NCBI RefSeq assembly: GCF_963921235.1
Contig: NC_086097.1
Coordinates: 57,972,001-58,036,000 of the forward strand
Reading direction: 5' to 3'
Length of the DNA stretch: 64,000 nt
Source of the DNA: Mobula hypostoma
Lineage: Eukaryota
The position numbers and the translations under genes are program-made. The notes beneath the pieces were generated by a model. It had not been told where the DNA came from. It did not search any database and was given only the letters and a program-made list of their open reading frames with translations. This document shows, in pieces, positions 47,677 through 61,613 of the stretch; the first letter of the stretch is position 1; every line of letters starts with the position of its first letter.

Positions 47677-48608
47677 AAGCTACACGACTCAATAACTATG
47701 ATATTTCATATAACTTGCTAATTCTCAAGCTTAGAATGAGAAGCTATGTTAAAATGGATAAAAGTGGCACTGATTTCCATGGCAATTGGTGGACTATACT
47801 AGTACTAATAAAAAGGAGGCTTAAAGAATTGAGTGAGATCTTGACACATTGCTGTATCAGACATAGATTTTAGCAATGAGTTGACTGCCATTGATAATGG
47901 ATGTTTTGTTTTTATCTCTGCCTCTGTGTTTGCCTTGTGCAAGCATCCGCACCAATGAGCCTGCTGTGAATTTGGATAGGGCTTTCAGCATAACCACAGA
48001 CAATTAGCCAAGGTCTCCCTTCAACTTTAGACATGAAGAATTTAAAGAAAAGCAGTTTTTACCTCTAATAAACACATCGACCCTCTGTAGTTGCCAAAAA
48101 CATTATGCTGTAGTGTAACATCTGACATGTACATCCCATGACATCCTGCCTGGAGGGAAAAGTACAAAGAATGTAATGCTGGTCATGAGCTATGATACAT
48201 GTCAAATATTTCTAGGAACCAAAACTAAATAACTGGAAAGAATCCATCAGTTTATAGACCACACACAGAAACTGAAAGAAAGCAACTGAAATGGAGACTT
48301 TACAAGTTTACTCAGTAAATATTTTAGCCACCCACACTTGAACATTTCCAGGCTTAATTCCCAATTTGTGCTGCTAAATGGTCACAATTTGGAATGTTTG
48401 TGCTTTCAGTCTTCTCGACACTAAACTAAACTCTTTGCACCTCTCTCTCTCTCTCTCTGTCTGTGCTCAAATGCAAAAGTTGAAGTCAGTAACATAAGTT
48501 TCACTGTCAAAAATCACAGATAAACAAAAGTCAAATTGAGAAGGAGAACTTTAAGCAGTCATAATGGCATACTCAAAACAAGAAATTGATATTCTTCTGA
48601 AGGTGGTA

Positions 48609-49166
48609 AGAATCAGAATCAGAATCAGGTTTATTATCACCGACATGTGACGTGAAATTTGTTAACTTAGCAGCAGCAGTCCAACGCAATACATAATCTA
48701 GCAGAGAAAAAAATTAATAATAATAAATAAGTAAATCAATTACAGTATGTGTACATTGAATAGATATTAAAAAACATGCAAAAACAGAAATACTGTATAT
48801 TAAAAAATAGTGAGGTAGTTCCAAAGATTCAACGTCTATTTAGGAATGGGATGGCAGAGGGGAAGAAGCTGTTCCTGAATCGCTGAGTGTGTGCCTTTAG
48901 GCTTCTGTACCTCCTACCTGATGGTAACAGTGAGAAAAGGGCATGCCTTGGATGCTGGAGGTCCTTAATAATGGATACTGCCCTTCTGAGACTCCGTTCC
49001 TTAAAGATGTCCTGGGTACTTAGTAGGCTAGTGCCCAAGATGGAGCTGGCTAGATTTACAACCTCTTGCAGCTTCTTTCAGTCCTGTGCTGTAGCCCCTC
49101 CATACCAGACAGTGATGCAGCCTGTCAGAATGCTCTCCATGGTACAACTATAGAAGTTTTTGAGAG
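48609..49166 (-). mobile_element. Rex1/Babar-like 3' fragment
   Basis: ALFSLLPSGRRYRSLKAHTQRFRNSFFPSAI; (AGAATC)n antisense tail. Confidence 0.88.
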
Positions 49167-52100
49167 TAAATTGTGGCAAAAACTCTGAAAGAAATCGGAT
49201 TTTACAGATATTAAAACTTTATTCTACCAATATGTCACTGATTTTATTGTAGTTTTGTGTTGATAAAATGTTTGCACTGAACTTCCATTATAAACAGCCA
49301 CTTAAATGCATTTATGCAAAAATACATGAAGGAAGCTGCACCATATGGAAGAGAAACCAAAAACCTACCGTGTGTCAGACTCCAACCATTGTGGTGAAGG
49401 CTATTAAATGTTAAAGAGTTCATGTTAAGAGTCACAAGATGGATTAAAGCGATTTCGTATCTCACTTTGCAACATTTCACATTATATATAGAAAATGTGA
49501 AATCAGCCACTCTGGGCCAGTTCAAGCTGATGGCTAGCCAGCATTTTCATAGAGAATCATCAGCTGGCTCTTGTGTGCAAGAAGCACATTCTTTACTAGC
49601 ACAGATGTAGGGAACAGTGCGAGTCAGATTCCACCACGGCTCCAGTACCTTAAACTGGACTGAAAAACCACACATCTACAGTAAATGCACATATTTTATT
49701 TAGTATTCACATTCAGATACTTGTACGTGAATGTTTTTAAATTAGTTTACTTTTTAAATTTTTTGCCATTTGCAATATATTTAAATATACTTCAATTGCT
49801 TCTAAATCTCTCTGAACTTTGAAAGAATGGACAAGTCCTCTGATGACGCAAGCTGTCAGATCCCATCTTGCAGCTTTGGATCAAGGCCCCTGTTTGCACT
49901 ACTTGATGCTAGTCACCACTTCCAGACTGTGTCACCTCACAGTAAAGCTGGAGCAGTGAGGTGCCAGATTTCTGGGATTTGTGAGACTGCAACAGAAGTA
50001 GGCAAATGCAATCATGGGAATCCATAGGACCCGACTGCAAGGCATGGGGCATGAACTGGCCTTTTAATATTGAGCAATCCTTATTAAATCAGTTAGTTTA
50101 AATAAATATACAGTCATATACTGTTATGACCTTCAGAAAGAAATTACATTACGTAAATACACCTGACTGAATAATTGATGGGAAGACAATATTTTGAGTT
50201 GGTTATGGCTGTTCTCTTCTTCAGAAATATTTATCATATATTATTACTGTAAGTGACATGCCAGATCTACAACAATGAAGTACACTTATAACCAAGAAGT
50301 AAATAGTTTTACATATATATTTGTAAGTTTTCGTCCATACCAAGAAAAGGAAAGTCGGGGATCATTCTGGCTGAGTATCTATCCTTCCAATATATTATTA
50401 AAGGAACATTTCTTCTCAGTGTTATTTCTTTTATAGTCTCAAAATTGAAATACAGTAGACTCCTTCATAAAATTCTCCAACACAGCTTGGCTTTTATGTA
50501 CTTCGCAAAAGGAAGATTTATAAATGGGATCTATTGTATTTTCATTCACTGCAATGTAGCACTTGCAATGAATTACTAGGCTACCTTAGCATGTGAGCAG
50601 TTACTTTTCAACTTAGTTGACATTAACTCAATTGCAATGTAATATTAGAGAGCGATGGCAGAATTAGACAGCACTAAATTCCTGTGATAGTTGAAATATA
50701 AACCATCTCACGTTTGCTTTCAGCTTTTTACCATTAATTACGGATTAAATGAGAATGGTTCCTGGATAAATATATCCCTCTTATTCTGAGTTTTTCCCAT
50801 TACTAAAAATGAGAAAAGTAATATTTTTAACAGCTATGTGGCTTAAGAAACCTCTCTACATTAAGTTCCTAAACCCTTCTTCCTTTCTCCCCTGCAGACA
50901 TATTTCTTTGACCACGATTTTGACACCTGTCCCAATATCTCTCTTTATGCCTCAGTGTCAAATTTATTATTACCATCACTTCTCTATACTCTCATGGCAT
51001 TTTTGATCCTCCACTGAAGGCAAAGTATAAGTTTTTTTATTATTAGGCACTTTGCATATGGAGCTATTGTCAAGTTTACAAATTATCAGTTTTTGTGGCT
51101 ATGCTTGCATTGGTAAGCACATCCTGCCATTGAAGAACACGAATATGATTATAGCATGTCCAAATATTTCCTGGAAGCATTGTGAAAAAAGAATAAGAGC
51201 AATATATTTTAATTAGGTGAAAAAACACTAAAAAGGAAGCATAACAATTCCTCTGCCAGCTTTAATACCAGATGGCATCAATAAGAGGTAGAATTACTTC
51301 TGTAGTCATTGTTGAAATATGCACCAGAAAAAGGATTCAAAATCATTTGTGTAAGTATAAACAGGATTCTCATTGTTGCTGCGGGATTTAGTTGGTGTAT
51401 GCAAAATTTGCATTTAAACTATTTTAATGACACCAGAGATTTCTTCATAAAGGCTTTAGAAAGGTATTCACACACTTCGAAAACAGCTGCAGGCCCAAAT
51501 CCACTCTTACTTACCAGGAACTTTATTACACTGCAGATGTTCATCTGGAAAATGGATTGTGTTACCAAAAGGATGTGAGTCTGGTCAAAATGTCTGGCTG
51601 GTTACTGTACATCAAGGGAAGCTCTGTCTGCGGGAGAATGGACTTGAGGCAGCAGTTGTATACTTAAAGTGTGTAGTTGACGGCGATTGAGAAACTAATG
51701 ACCCAGTGTGTGATTTATGGACCCACAAGCTGACTTATATTTCATGCAGTAAGTAAAAAGCAGGTAAAGCTGCTACTGTGACCGAAAACATGAAGTGTTG
51801 CATCATCGTTGCCCAACAGTCAGATCTGCATTCAAGTATCTGCTGACAGTCTGAGTGTATTGCTAAAGTCTGATCTGAAGGAAAGCTTTTGCCAGACTGT
51901 TCACTGTTGGAAATTTATATCGCACTGACAATATGCCACTAATATCTTGACAATGGCAGCTTCAAAGAACCCCCTAAACTGAAGGTTCATTTCCCTAATC
52001 TTCTATTTAAATGTTCTCAGATAAAGCAAACAATATTTAATAAAATGAGTCATAAATATACTTCCAATAAAGCAAGAATGAAGGAAGTGCCCAAGGAACT

Positions 52101-53911
52101 ATGAGCAAGATATATTCCCCCACTGTTCTCCCTCAACACACACATACCAGGAAGCAAATCCATTTCCTCCCTCTTTCATTATTAGTTTTTCTGTGGCTAA
52201 ATGATGATGATTTTACTGAAACATGAAAGATTCTGGGCTGGAGGGGGACAGTATTCTCAGGTTAAATGCTGCAAAGATGTTTCTCCTTGTTAGGGGTACC
52301 TAAAATTAGTAAGGATAGTTTTAGAAAGAAGGATCAAGAATTTAAAATAGACCTCGTCTCTAAGGTTGTGAATTCTTGGAATTTCCTACCCTATGGGGCT
52401 TTGGAGGACTAATCTTTGAAATTAGTCAGAGCCACTATGGACAAATATTTGATGTACAGGAGGGTCAAGAGTTGTAGCAAACAGACTGGAAAATGATGCT
52501 GAGGGCCAGATTAAATCAGACACAGTCTTATTGAATGGCAACATATGTTCAGGACTTTGAGGCTTAATCCTGCTCTTATATTTTGTGATTTATGTTTTTG
52601 GTCTTAACGTAAAACTAATTGAACAATGGACAATAACATCCAGCATCCTTTACGAAGTCACTGCAAATGAAATCCCTTCTGTGGGCTTGCTTAGAAGAAG
52701 CAGATTATATTTGAGAAATGTTGAAAATCTGGAACTCACTCTCCAAAGTCTGGCGGCTACCTAGTCAAGTAAACTACTTATTTTAGCTATTTAGGTATTA
52801 GGAGATAAGGAGCAAAAATGGCTGTTGTAGTTTTCAGCAATGTCTTTAATAATTTAAAATGACATGTTGAAAGTTATGCAATTAAACTTAAATTGAGGTA
52901 TACCCTAACCCCGATCATGCTAAATACACGGAGTTTGATGATTAGTTTGCTATATGAAGAGTTTCGTTCACATTCACATGTTTTAGATATCACAGTAAAA
53001 TAAAATGAAACATAATCTCCTACAGCATGGAGCTATGTAGCCATTTCTGCAGTTCTAATAGTGATTTACATACTGATAAAACATGCCTTAATTTGCCATT
53101 AATTGTAGGAATAAATTCAAACTCATCTTTTAAATAGGAGCTCTGCACCTTTGCACTTTATTTATTTCGTACTACTGGTGATGTGCTATCACAGTGCTGG
53201 AGAATGAAACAATTTTACTTCTTAACATCTTTCCCCATATTGAGTTATTGCATTTCAGAGATATAACACAGCCATGCGAAGTGTAAAGCTTTCAAAACAG
53301 TGCACCCTATTTATGACATCTGAAAACGATTCCAACTGCTCCAGAATGATTTCTTTTCTCTATTCTTGTTCTAACAGTCCCATTTAACAATTCCAAGTGG
53401 GATCAGTAATTTAGTGCCTTATTATGGGTTACATTCAAGGTCCCACTTCTAGCAGAGCCTTTGTTGAGACTGGTTAAATTCATGGTACTGTGTGCTTTTG
53501 CAGTCAGCAGACAAAGCAGATCTTTATCCCATTACAGAAGCCCATGCTTGAACCCTTAATTCTGAAGCATTGACATACTAGACTACTCTGTTACTCTGTC
53601 CGCAGTATATATTGTCATTATTTTCCCCCAAAATTTAATTGAATATATATATTGTTCTCAGAGCAAACCCAAAGGTGCGTATAAACAGATAGTGTTGTGT
53701 TAATAACAAAAGACCAACTTCAAGACTGAAGAGAATGGAAGACTTAACTGAATGAGATGGATCCTAGTGCTGAAAGAGAAGCCAAAACTTATGTTCTACA
53801 ATGACTTACACAAACCGTTGCATTGATTTCAAGTACGTACACTGATTGTGAAAATCAGCATAACCGTACTGCTGCTTGATTTGTATCAATATTGTTCAGT
53901 CATCTGTGTTA

Positions 53912-56280
53912 GGCCATAAGACCGTAAGATTTAGGAGCAGAATTACGCCATTTGGCCCGTCGAGTCTGCTCTGTCATTCCATCATGTCTGATTTACTTGC
54001 CCTCTCAAACTCATCCTGCTGCCTTCTCCTTGTAACCTTTGCCGACCTTACTAATCAGGCAACCACCAACCTCCATTTTAAGTATAGCCAATGACTTTGC
54101 CTTTATAGCCTTCTATGGCAATAAATTCCATGGATTAGCTACCCTCTGGTTACAGAAATTCCTCCTTATCTCTGTTCTAAAGTGATATGCTTCTATTCTG
54201 AGGCTGCGCTCTCTAGTCCTAGGTTCTCCCAGTACTGAAAACACCCTTTCCAAATCCACTCTATCTAGACCTTCCTGGGTTTCAATGAGGTTGTCCCCCT
54301 CACCACCCCTCATTTTTCAAAACTCCAGTGAATACAGGCCCAGAGCCATCAAATGCGGCTTATTCCCAGGATCATTTTCACAAACCTCCTCTGGACACTC
54401 TCCAGTGCCAACATAATCTTCTTTCAAAATGCGGCCCAAAATTACTCACAATACTCCAAATATTTTCTGACCAAGGCCTTACAAAGCCTCAGTATTATAT
54501 CCTTGCTTTTATATTCTAGTTCTCTCAAAATGAATGCTAACATTGCATTTGCCTTCCTTTACTACCGACTCAAGCTGAAAGTTAACCTTTAGGGAATCAT
54601 GCCATAGGTCTCCTAAGGCCTTTGTACCTCTGATTTATCAATTCGCTCCCTATTTTGGAAATAGTCTACACCTTTATTCCTTCTACCTAAGTGTATAACT
54701 GCACTTCCCAACAAGATATTTCATCTGGTATTTCTTTGCCCATTCTCTTAATCTATTCAAGTCCTTCTTCAGCATACTTGCTTCCAACATTATCTGTCCG
54801 TACTTATTTGCATAATCCACAAAACTGGCCACAAAACCATCAACTCCATCATCCATATTATTAACATACAACATGAAAGGCAAAGGACCTGTTGGAACCC
54901 TGTGGAACACCAGTGGCAGCTAACTAGAAAAGTCCCTCTTTAATTCAACTCTTTGTCTTCTGCCTGTCGGCTAATATGTTCATGCCAATATTTTTCCTGT
55001 AATACCATGGACTCTTATACTGTTCAGCAGCCTTATGTATAACTCCTTGCCAAAGGCTGCTAAACAACACCCAAATCCAAATCCAGATGAAAATCCAAGT
55101 AAACAACACCCACTGATTCTCCTTTTTCTAACCTGCCTGTTACTTTCGCAAAGAATTCCAACAGATTTGTCAAGGCAAGATTTCCCCTTAAGGGAACCAT
55201 GCCGACTTCAAGTATCCCAAAATCATGTGCTTCCAGGTACCCCAAAATCTCTTTCTTAATAATGGATTCCAACTTCTTCCTAACCACTGAAGTCAGGTTA
55301 ACTGGTCAATTATTTCCTGACCTTTGCCTCCCTCCTTTCTTAAAGCACAGAGTAACATTTCAATTTTCCAGCCTTAGGAACCATTTCAGAATGTAGTGAT
55401 TCTTGAAAGATCACAACTAATGCCTCTATAATCTCTACAGCTACCTCTTTCAAAACCCTGGAGTGTACCATCTGGTCCAGGTATCTCATCTACCTTCTGA
55501 CCTTTCATCTTTCCAACCATCTTCTCCTCAGTAATTGTGGCTACACTCACTTCTGTCCCCAATGAATGCATCTCTCACACCGTTTTCTAGCAGTCACATG
55601 TCCACTCTTGCTTTTCTTTTATTCTTTATATATCTAAAAAATCTTTTGGTATCCTCATTTATGTGATTGGCTAGCTTACCTTCATACTTAATCTTTTTTT
55701 CATTGTATTTTTAGTTGCTCTCTTTTGGTTTTTAAAAGCCTCCCAATTCTCTAACTTCCCACTAATTTTTGCTATATTGCATGCCTTCTTTTTTACTTTT
55801 ATACTTTACCTGTTTTAGCCCTCCCTTTTGAATGCTCCTTCTTCTTTGGGATGAGACAATTCCGCATCTTTCAATTTATTCCCAAATAGTCCAGTCATTG
55901 CTGCTGTACCGATGCTCGTGTCCCCTTCTAATTAGCTTTGGCCAGCTCCTTCCTCGTGCCTCTGTAGTTACATTTACCCAACTGCAATACCAATATATTT
56001 GATTTCAAACTGCAGGGTGAATTCTATTATATTATGACCACTGCTTCCTAAGGTTTCCTTCACCTTAAGTTCACTAATCAAATCTGGTTCATTATGCAAC
56101 ACCAAATCCAGAATTGCCTTTTCTCTAGTGTGCTTGACCACAAGCTACTCTAAAAACTATCTTGTAGGCAATCCACAAATTATTTCTCTTGGGATCCAGC
56201 ACCAACCTGATTTCCTAATCAACTGTATATTGAAATCCCCCATGATCATCATAACATTTTGAACTTTTATGCCTTTTCTG
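53912..56280 (-). mobile_element. Old degraded CR1
   Basis: Collinear remnants of PGPDG, LTNLLEFF, VVYLDF and FRTEIRRNF; CATAAGAC tail. Confidence 0.85.
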
Positions 56281-57939
56281 TCTATAATAGGAAAAGTAAG
56301 AGGGAACTAGCAGATATACTCTATAGGACGAATTCTTGCTAGCACAGTACTACTGCCTGAAATCATCACCCATTGTCACACCATATTGGAACGTAACCCA
56401 TCCAGAGGAGCAGAACCTACCCTAGTGGATAAACGCACCCAAAACCTCAGTGCTTTGGCTTAAGGGGGCGGGGGGGGGGTGGGGGTGGTTAGAGATTCAA
56501 ACAGTACACTGTAGGAGCCCCACTCACCAGGTTCTCAAATATTTTGACAGCCAGCAAAGCCTAGTCCTCAGTATGCCCATATTAAATTTGGCGAGGTTCT
56601 CAAGTGTCTCTGATTTTGAGAAACAGCTTAAATTTTAAGACGAGCTAGGCACTTTACCAGCATTAAATGAACAACATGACTACCAAACACATTTTGGTGC
56701 TGCTACCAAAAATGCATTGAAAACTGAGTATTTTATATCTTCAAATGGAGTAATAATTTTTGTTGTTGATCCTACACAACTTGGAGTGAGAGTGTCAAGT
56801 TTTAACTTCTATACATTTGGGGTGGGGTGGGGTGAGGCATTACTTAAATTATTGCTTCCATTTTCAATTGAAATCTTACATGTGCATACCAGTTTTATTT
56901 CTGACACTGGCTCTTCACATCTTGTCCACCACTTTGCTTATTTCCTCTTCCACTGCTCATTGCCTCTCAGTACCAGGAATATTTGCAAGGGTATTGTAGA
57001 GCAACTATCAATACACTACAAATTATAGGTGTTCACTACATCTGCTATTTTTACAGAACTTAACAAAAGTCAAAAAATCACAAGATCTCCATTAATGGTG
57101 CTCGTATTTCCTAATCATTTTGGTTCATTACCTTCCTAAGGGGCACATCACTCTTGGTTTATCCAAGTCAATAATTTTTGGCTAAAGATGTCTTCTCTCA
57201 AACAACATCTCTCTCAATCTTCCATTTGTCTAGATTATGGTAGCGCTACAGTCTGTCTGAATTTTTTTGGTATAATATAATTTTGTGTTTACCTGGTTAC
57301 TGCGCTGAATGTTTAAATGATTCATAATTCTGTCAGCTTTCCAAAGTATCCTAGTTATATATTCATCTAAAAGTTCTTTTCCAATTTGCATGCACAGTCT
57401 GACAGCATAGTTATTTATTGTCTCAGGCTGCTTTTAAATAATTAAATCAAAACAAGTAACTTGTATTTTTAAAGAAGACTAGTTCAGAAAAGAATTATTT
57501 TATGGTTTCTTTCTGTTCCAGTACCAATTTAGCTATTGCTGTTACTATGGTTTTAAGTTCCTGTCACATTATCCTGCATAATTTCAGCCATCTGCAAGTT
57601 CCTTGATCCAGGAAGATTTATTGCAGGATTACAGTGACAATATTATGTGCATGGGTAAAGTTCATCAAGTTATCAAATAAATAATCAGAGATGAAAAGAA
57701 AAGGAAAAAAGACACCAGTAATACTAGGAGACACAGGAAAAATAGAAGTGCAAAGATTTAAACAAAATTACTTTTCTGGATAAAAAAAATGAGATTGTTG
57801 CCTCAAGGCACTCATAGTCATATTAGTAATCACATACTGAAAGAATGCATTACATTAAGAAGTCAGAATCAAAACAGGTTAACACAATGGAGATATACAA
57901 TTATTTTTTTTCTACACAGCACAGACCTACGTATTATAA

Positions 57940-59768
57940 AACTATAAGACATGGGAGCAGAATTAGGCCATTTGGTCCATAGTGAATGCTAGGCCATTCC
58001 ATCATGGCTGATTTATTATCCCTCTCAACTCCATTCTCCTGCTTTCTCCCCATAACTGTTGATGCCCTGACTAATCAAGAACCTCCACTATAAATATATC
58101 CAACGACATGGCCTCCACAGCTGTATGTGACAATGAACTCCCAGATTCACCACTCTCTGAATAAACAAATCCCTCCACATCTTTGTTCTAAATAGACAAC
58201 CCTCTATTATGAAGCTGTGGCCTCCAGTCTTAAATTTCCCCATGATGGGAAATATTCTCTCCACATCCACTCTATCTAAACCTTTCAATATTTGATAGGT
58301 TTCAAAGAGACCACCCCTCCTTCTTCTAAACTCCAGTGAGTTCATGGCCCAGAGCCATCAAATCCACCTCAGACATTAACCCTTTCAGTTCTGGAATCAT
58401 TCTTGTGAACTTCCTTTGGACTCTCTCCAATGCCAGCACAATTTTGATTAGATAAGGGCCCAAAACGCTCACAATACCAAGTGATCTGACCAATGCCTTA
58501 CAAAGTCTCAGCATTAATTCCTGGCTCTTATATTTTAGTCCACTTGAAATAAATGCTAACATTGCATTTGCCTTCCTTACTACTGAGTCAACCTGCAAGT
58601 TAAGCTTCTGCAGATCCCAAACAGGGATTCCATAGTTTCCTTACACCTCTGATTTTCGAATTGTCTCCGTTTACAAAATAGTCCGCACCTTTATTTCTTC
58701 TACTGAAGTGCATGACCATACACTTCCCTACACTATATTCCATCTGCCGCTTCTTTGCCTATTCTCCTAATGTGTAACACTACCTGCCCCTCCACCTACC
58801 CTCGTATCATCCACAAACTTGGCCACAAAGCCATTGACTCCATCATCCAAATCACTGACACATAATGTGAAAAGAAGCAGTTCCAAAATCGACCCCTGCA
58901 GAAAACCACTGGTCACTGGTCACTGGCAGCCAAACAAAATAGGTCCCCCTTATTACCACTCTTTGTTTCCTACCAGTCAGCCAATCTTCTATCCATGCGA
59001 ATACCTTTTCTGTAATACCGTGGTCTCTTATTTTGTTAAGAAGTCTCATGTCAAAGGCCTTCTGAAAATCCAACTAAACATCCACTGTCTCTCCTTTGTC
59101 TATCCACCTGTTATTTCCTCAAAGAATTCCAACAGATTTGTCAGGCAAGATTTCCCCTTAAGGAAACCATGCTGACTTTGGCCCATGTTATCATGTGCCT
59201 CCCAAGTATCCAAAACCTCATCATTAACAGTGGACTTCAACATCTTCCCAACCACTAAAGTCAGACGAACTGGCCTATAATTTCCTTTCTTTTGCCTCCC
59301 TCCCTTCTAAAAGAGTTGAGTGACATTTGCAATTTTCCAGCCTCTGGAACCATTCCAGAATGTAGTGATTCTTGAAAGATCACTACGGATACCTCCACAA
59401 TTTCTTCAGCCACCTCTCTCAAAACCTAGTGATGTAGTCCGTCTGTGTCAGTGAACAACAACCACTACCTTCTGACCTTTCATCTTCCCAACCATCTTCT
59501 CCTTAGTAATTGTGACTGCACTCACTTCTGCCCCGTTGACACTCTTGAATTTCTGGCACACTGCTGGTGCCTTCCACAGTGAAATCTGATGCAAAATACT
59601 TATTAAGTTTGTTCGCCATTTCTGTGTCCTACATTACTACGTTTCCAGTGTCATTTTTTCAATGGTCTGATATTCATTTCCACCTCTCTTTTACTCTTTA
59701 ATTATCTGAAAACTCTTTTTGTATCGTCTTTTATATTGTTGGAGAGCTTACCTTCATATTTCATCTTT
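57940..59768 (-). mobile_element. Old degraded CR1
   Basis: MDFQKAFD, WIEDWLTGRKQRV and LERVQRKFTRMIP; ATAAGAC tail. Confidence 0.85.
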
Positions 59769-59889
59769 ATGTGTGTTGTTTCCCTGTCAGTCCACTCCTT
59801 GGTATAGATCTGGGCTTGAAATTTCTTTGTAGATGCTAACCAGGAGTTAAATGTGAAAATGTACCTGATACAATGTGTTTATGTCACTT

Positions 59890-61055
59890 TACATTATTAG
59901 TGTTTGAATGGAGATCTGAAGAGAAAGGGAGAGGGGCAATGTGACATGGGATTCTTTGTAATCAGTTGCAGAAAGCAAGCAGTAAGTTGGGCAATTGGTA
60001 GGTTGACCTTCAATACAAAAGTACTTGAGTACAGCAGCAGGGTGTCTTGCTGCAGCTGTACTGAGCCTTAGTGATCCTCAGGAATTTAAAATGCAGCTTT
60101 GATCTCCTTATCTACAAAAAGATGATCTTAGCATGGAGCGAGAGCATTGAAGTTTAGTAAACTGACTTCTGTGGAAAACATGACTAATGTATTGCTTAAG
60201 CCGACGTTCACTAGTTTAGAAGAATGAAAGGGGACTTCACAGAAACCTATAACATTTTTAACAGTTCTATACACACTCCAATGGCTTGAGAGCCCAGAAG
60301 CCAGGATGGAATGGCAAAGCAGACTTGATGGGCCAAATGATGTAATTTTGCTCCTATGCCTTATAAGACTGTAAGATCATAAGATATAGGAGCAGAAGTA
60401 GGCCATTCGGCTCATCGAATCTGCTCCAGCATTCTATCATGGGCTGATCCAATTTTTTCAGTCATCTCCACTCCCCTGCCTTCTCCCCATACCCTTTGAT
60501 GCCCTGGCTAATCAAGAACCTATCTATCTCTGTCTTAAATAAACCCAATGACTTGGCCCCCACAGCCACTCGTGGCAACACATTCCACAGATTTACCACC
60601 CTCTGACTAAAGTAATTTCTCCACATTCCTGTTCTAAATGGACGTTCTTCAATCCTGAAGTAGCGCCCTCTTGTCCTAGACTCCACTACCATGGGAAATA
60701 ACCAGAATATGATCTTATGTTCTTTACAGAAACATGTAAAATTCTGGATTGAGAGCCTAGAAGGAGGGGTCACAGCCTCAGGATTGGAAGAATACCATTT
60801 AGAAGTAAGATCAGGAAAATGTCTTCATCCAGAAGGTAGCGTAGCTCTGAGATTCTCCAGCACAAAACTTAGGGTAGGTCATCATTAAATATAGGTTAAG
60901 GATGAGATGGGTATATTTCTTAATGCTAAAGAAATTTAGGGATATGGGGAAAATACAGGAACATAATACTGAAATGAATGGTGAGCAAAGATTATGTTCT
61001 CTGGTAGAGCAGGTCTACAGGGCTGAATGGCCTACTCTTGCTTCCTTTTTATGTT
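59890..61055. mobile_element. Old plus-strand CR1 remnants with a younger minus-strand CR1 3' end at ~60362-60697
   Basis: ORF 60462-60773 (ESRTRG...FSQRVVNLWN); flanking degenerate CR1 RT C-terminus and UTR. Confidence 0.75.
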
Positions 61056-61613
61056 TGTGCTTCTTGCTACTCTCTTTAAATGCTTTGAAATTTAAAAATA
61101 AACAGAAACAATCAAAAAAATCAAGAAATATGCTGAACATATCCATAGCCTGGAAATTAATTGACCATTTGAATGAAATTAAAACAATGTTATCTTTTGT
61201 CATAATCTTGTTATTAAAATTCCATTAAAATCATAATCTTCAGTTACAAGTGTCATAAATTACCCTGGTCAAGCTCTCCTGTGTAACATCACCCTGTGAC
61301 AGTTTCCATACATGGTATTTTGTTAACAAATATATATCTCATTGCAGTCAGCACTCAGCATCACAGTATGACTATAGCAGACATCTCTTAAAGAATATTA
61401 CACACAACAGAGGTCACACCTTCAGCAAAGTGTTTGTCCTTCAGGGATAGATGCTGCAAGGTTGGAAATGTATTTGGAGAGTACTTTTCTGGCTGGAAAA
61501 GGTCTTGTGTGAGCTTATAGAGAACAGTTCCAACAAGTCCTCAGGCAAGAAACTGTACCAAGAAAGATTAGAATGAATAATAGTCCAGCATTCACAGATA
61601 AGACAGTCAGGAC

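Noticed and set aside
49474..49503. 10-bp perfect hairpin ATTTCACATT/AATGTGAAAT
   Set aside because: AT-rich and does not extend; too short for a pre-miRNA and expected by chance.
51309..51667. Overlapping open frames of about 80-90 codons on the plus strand
   Set aside because: No recognisable domain or convincing exon structure; length is within chance range.
56464..56488. G-run with G-quadruplex potential
   Set aside because: Isolated simple homopolymer tract with no supporting context.
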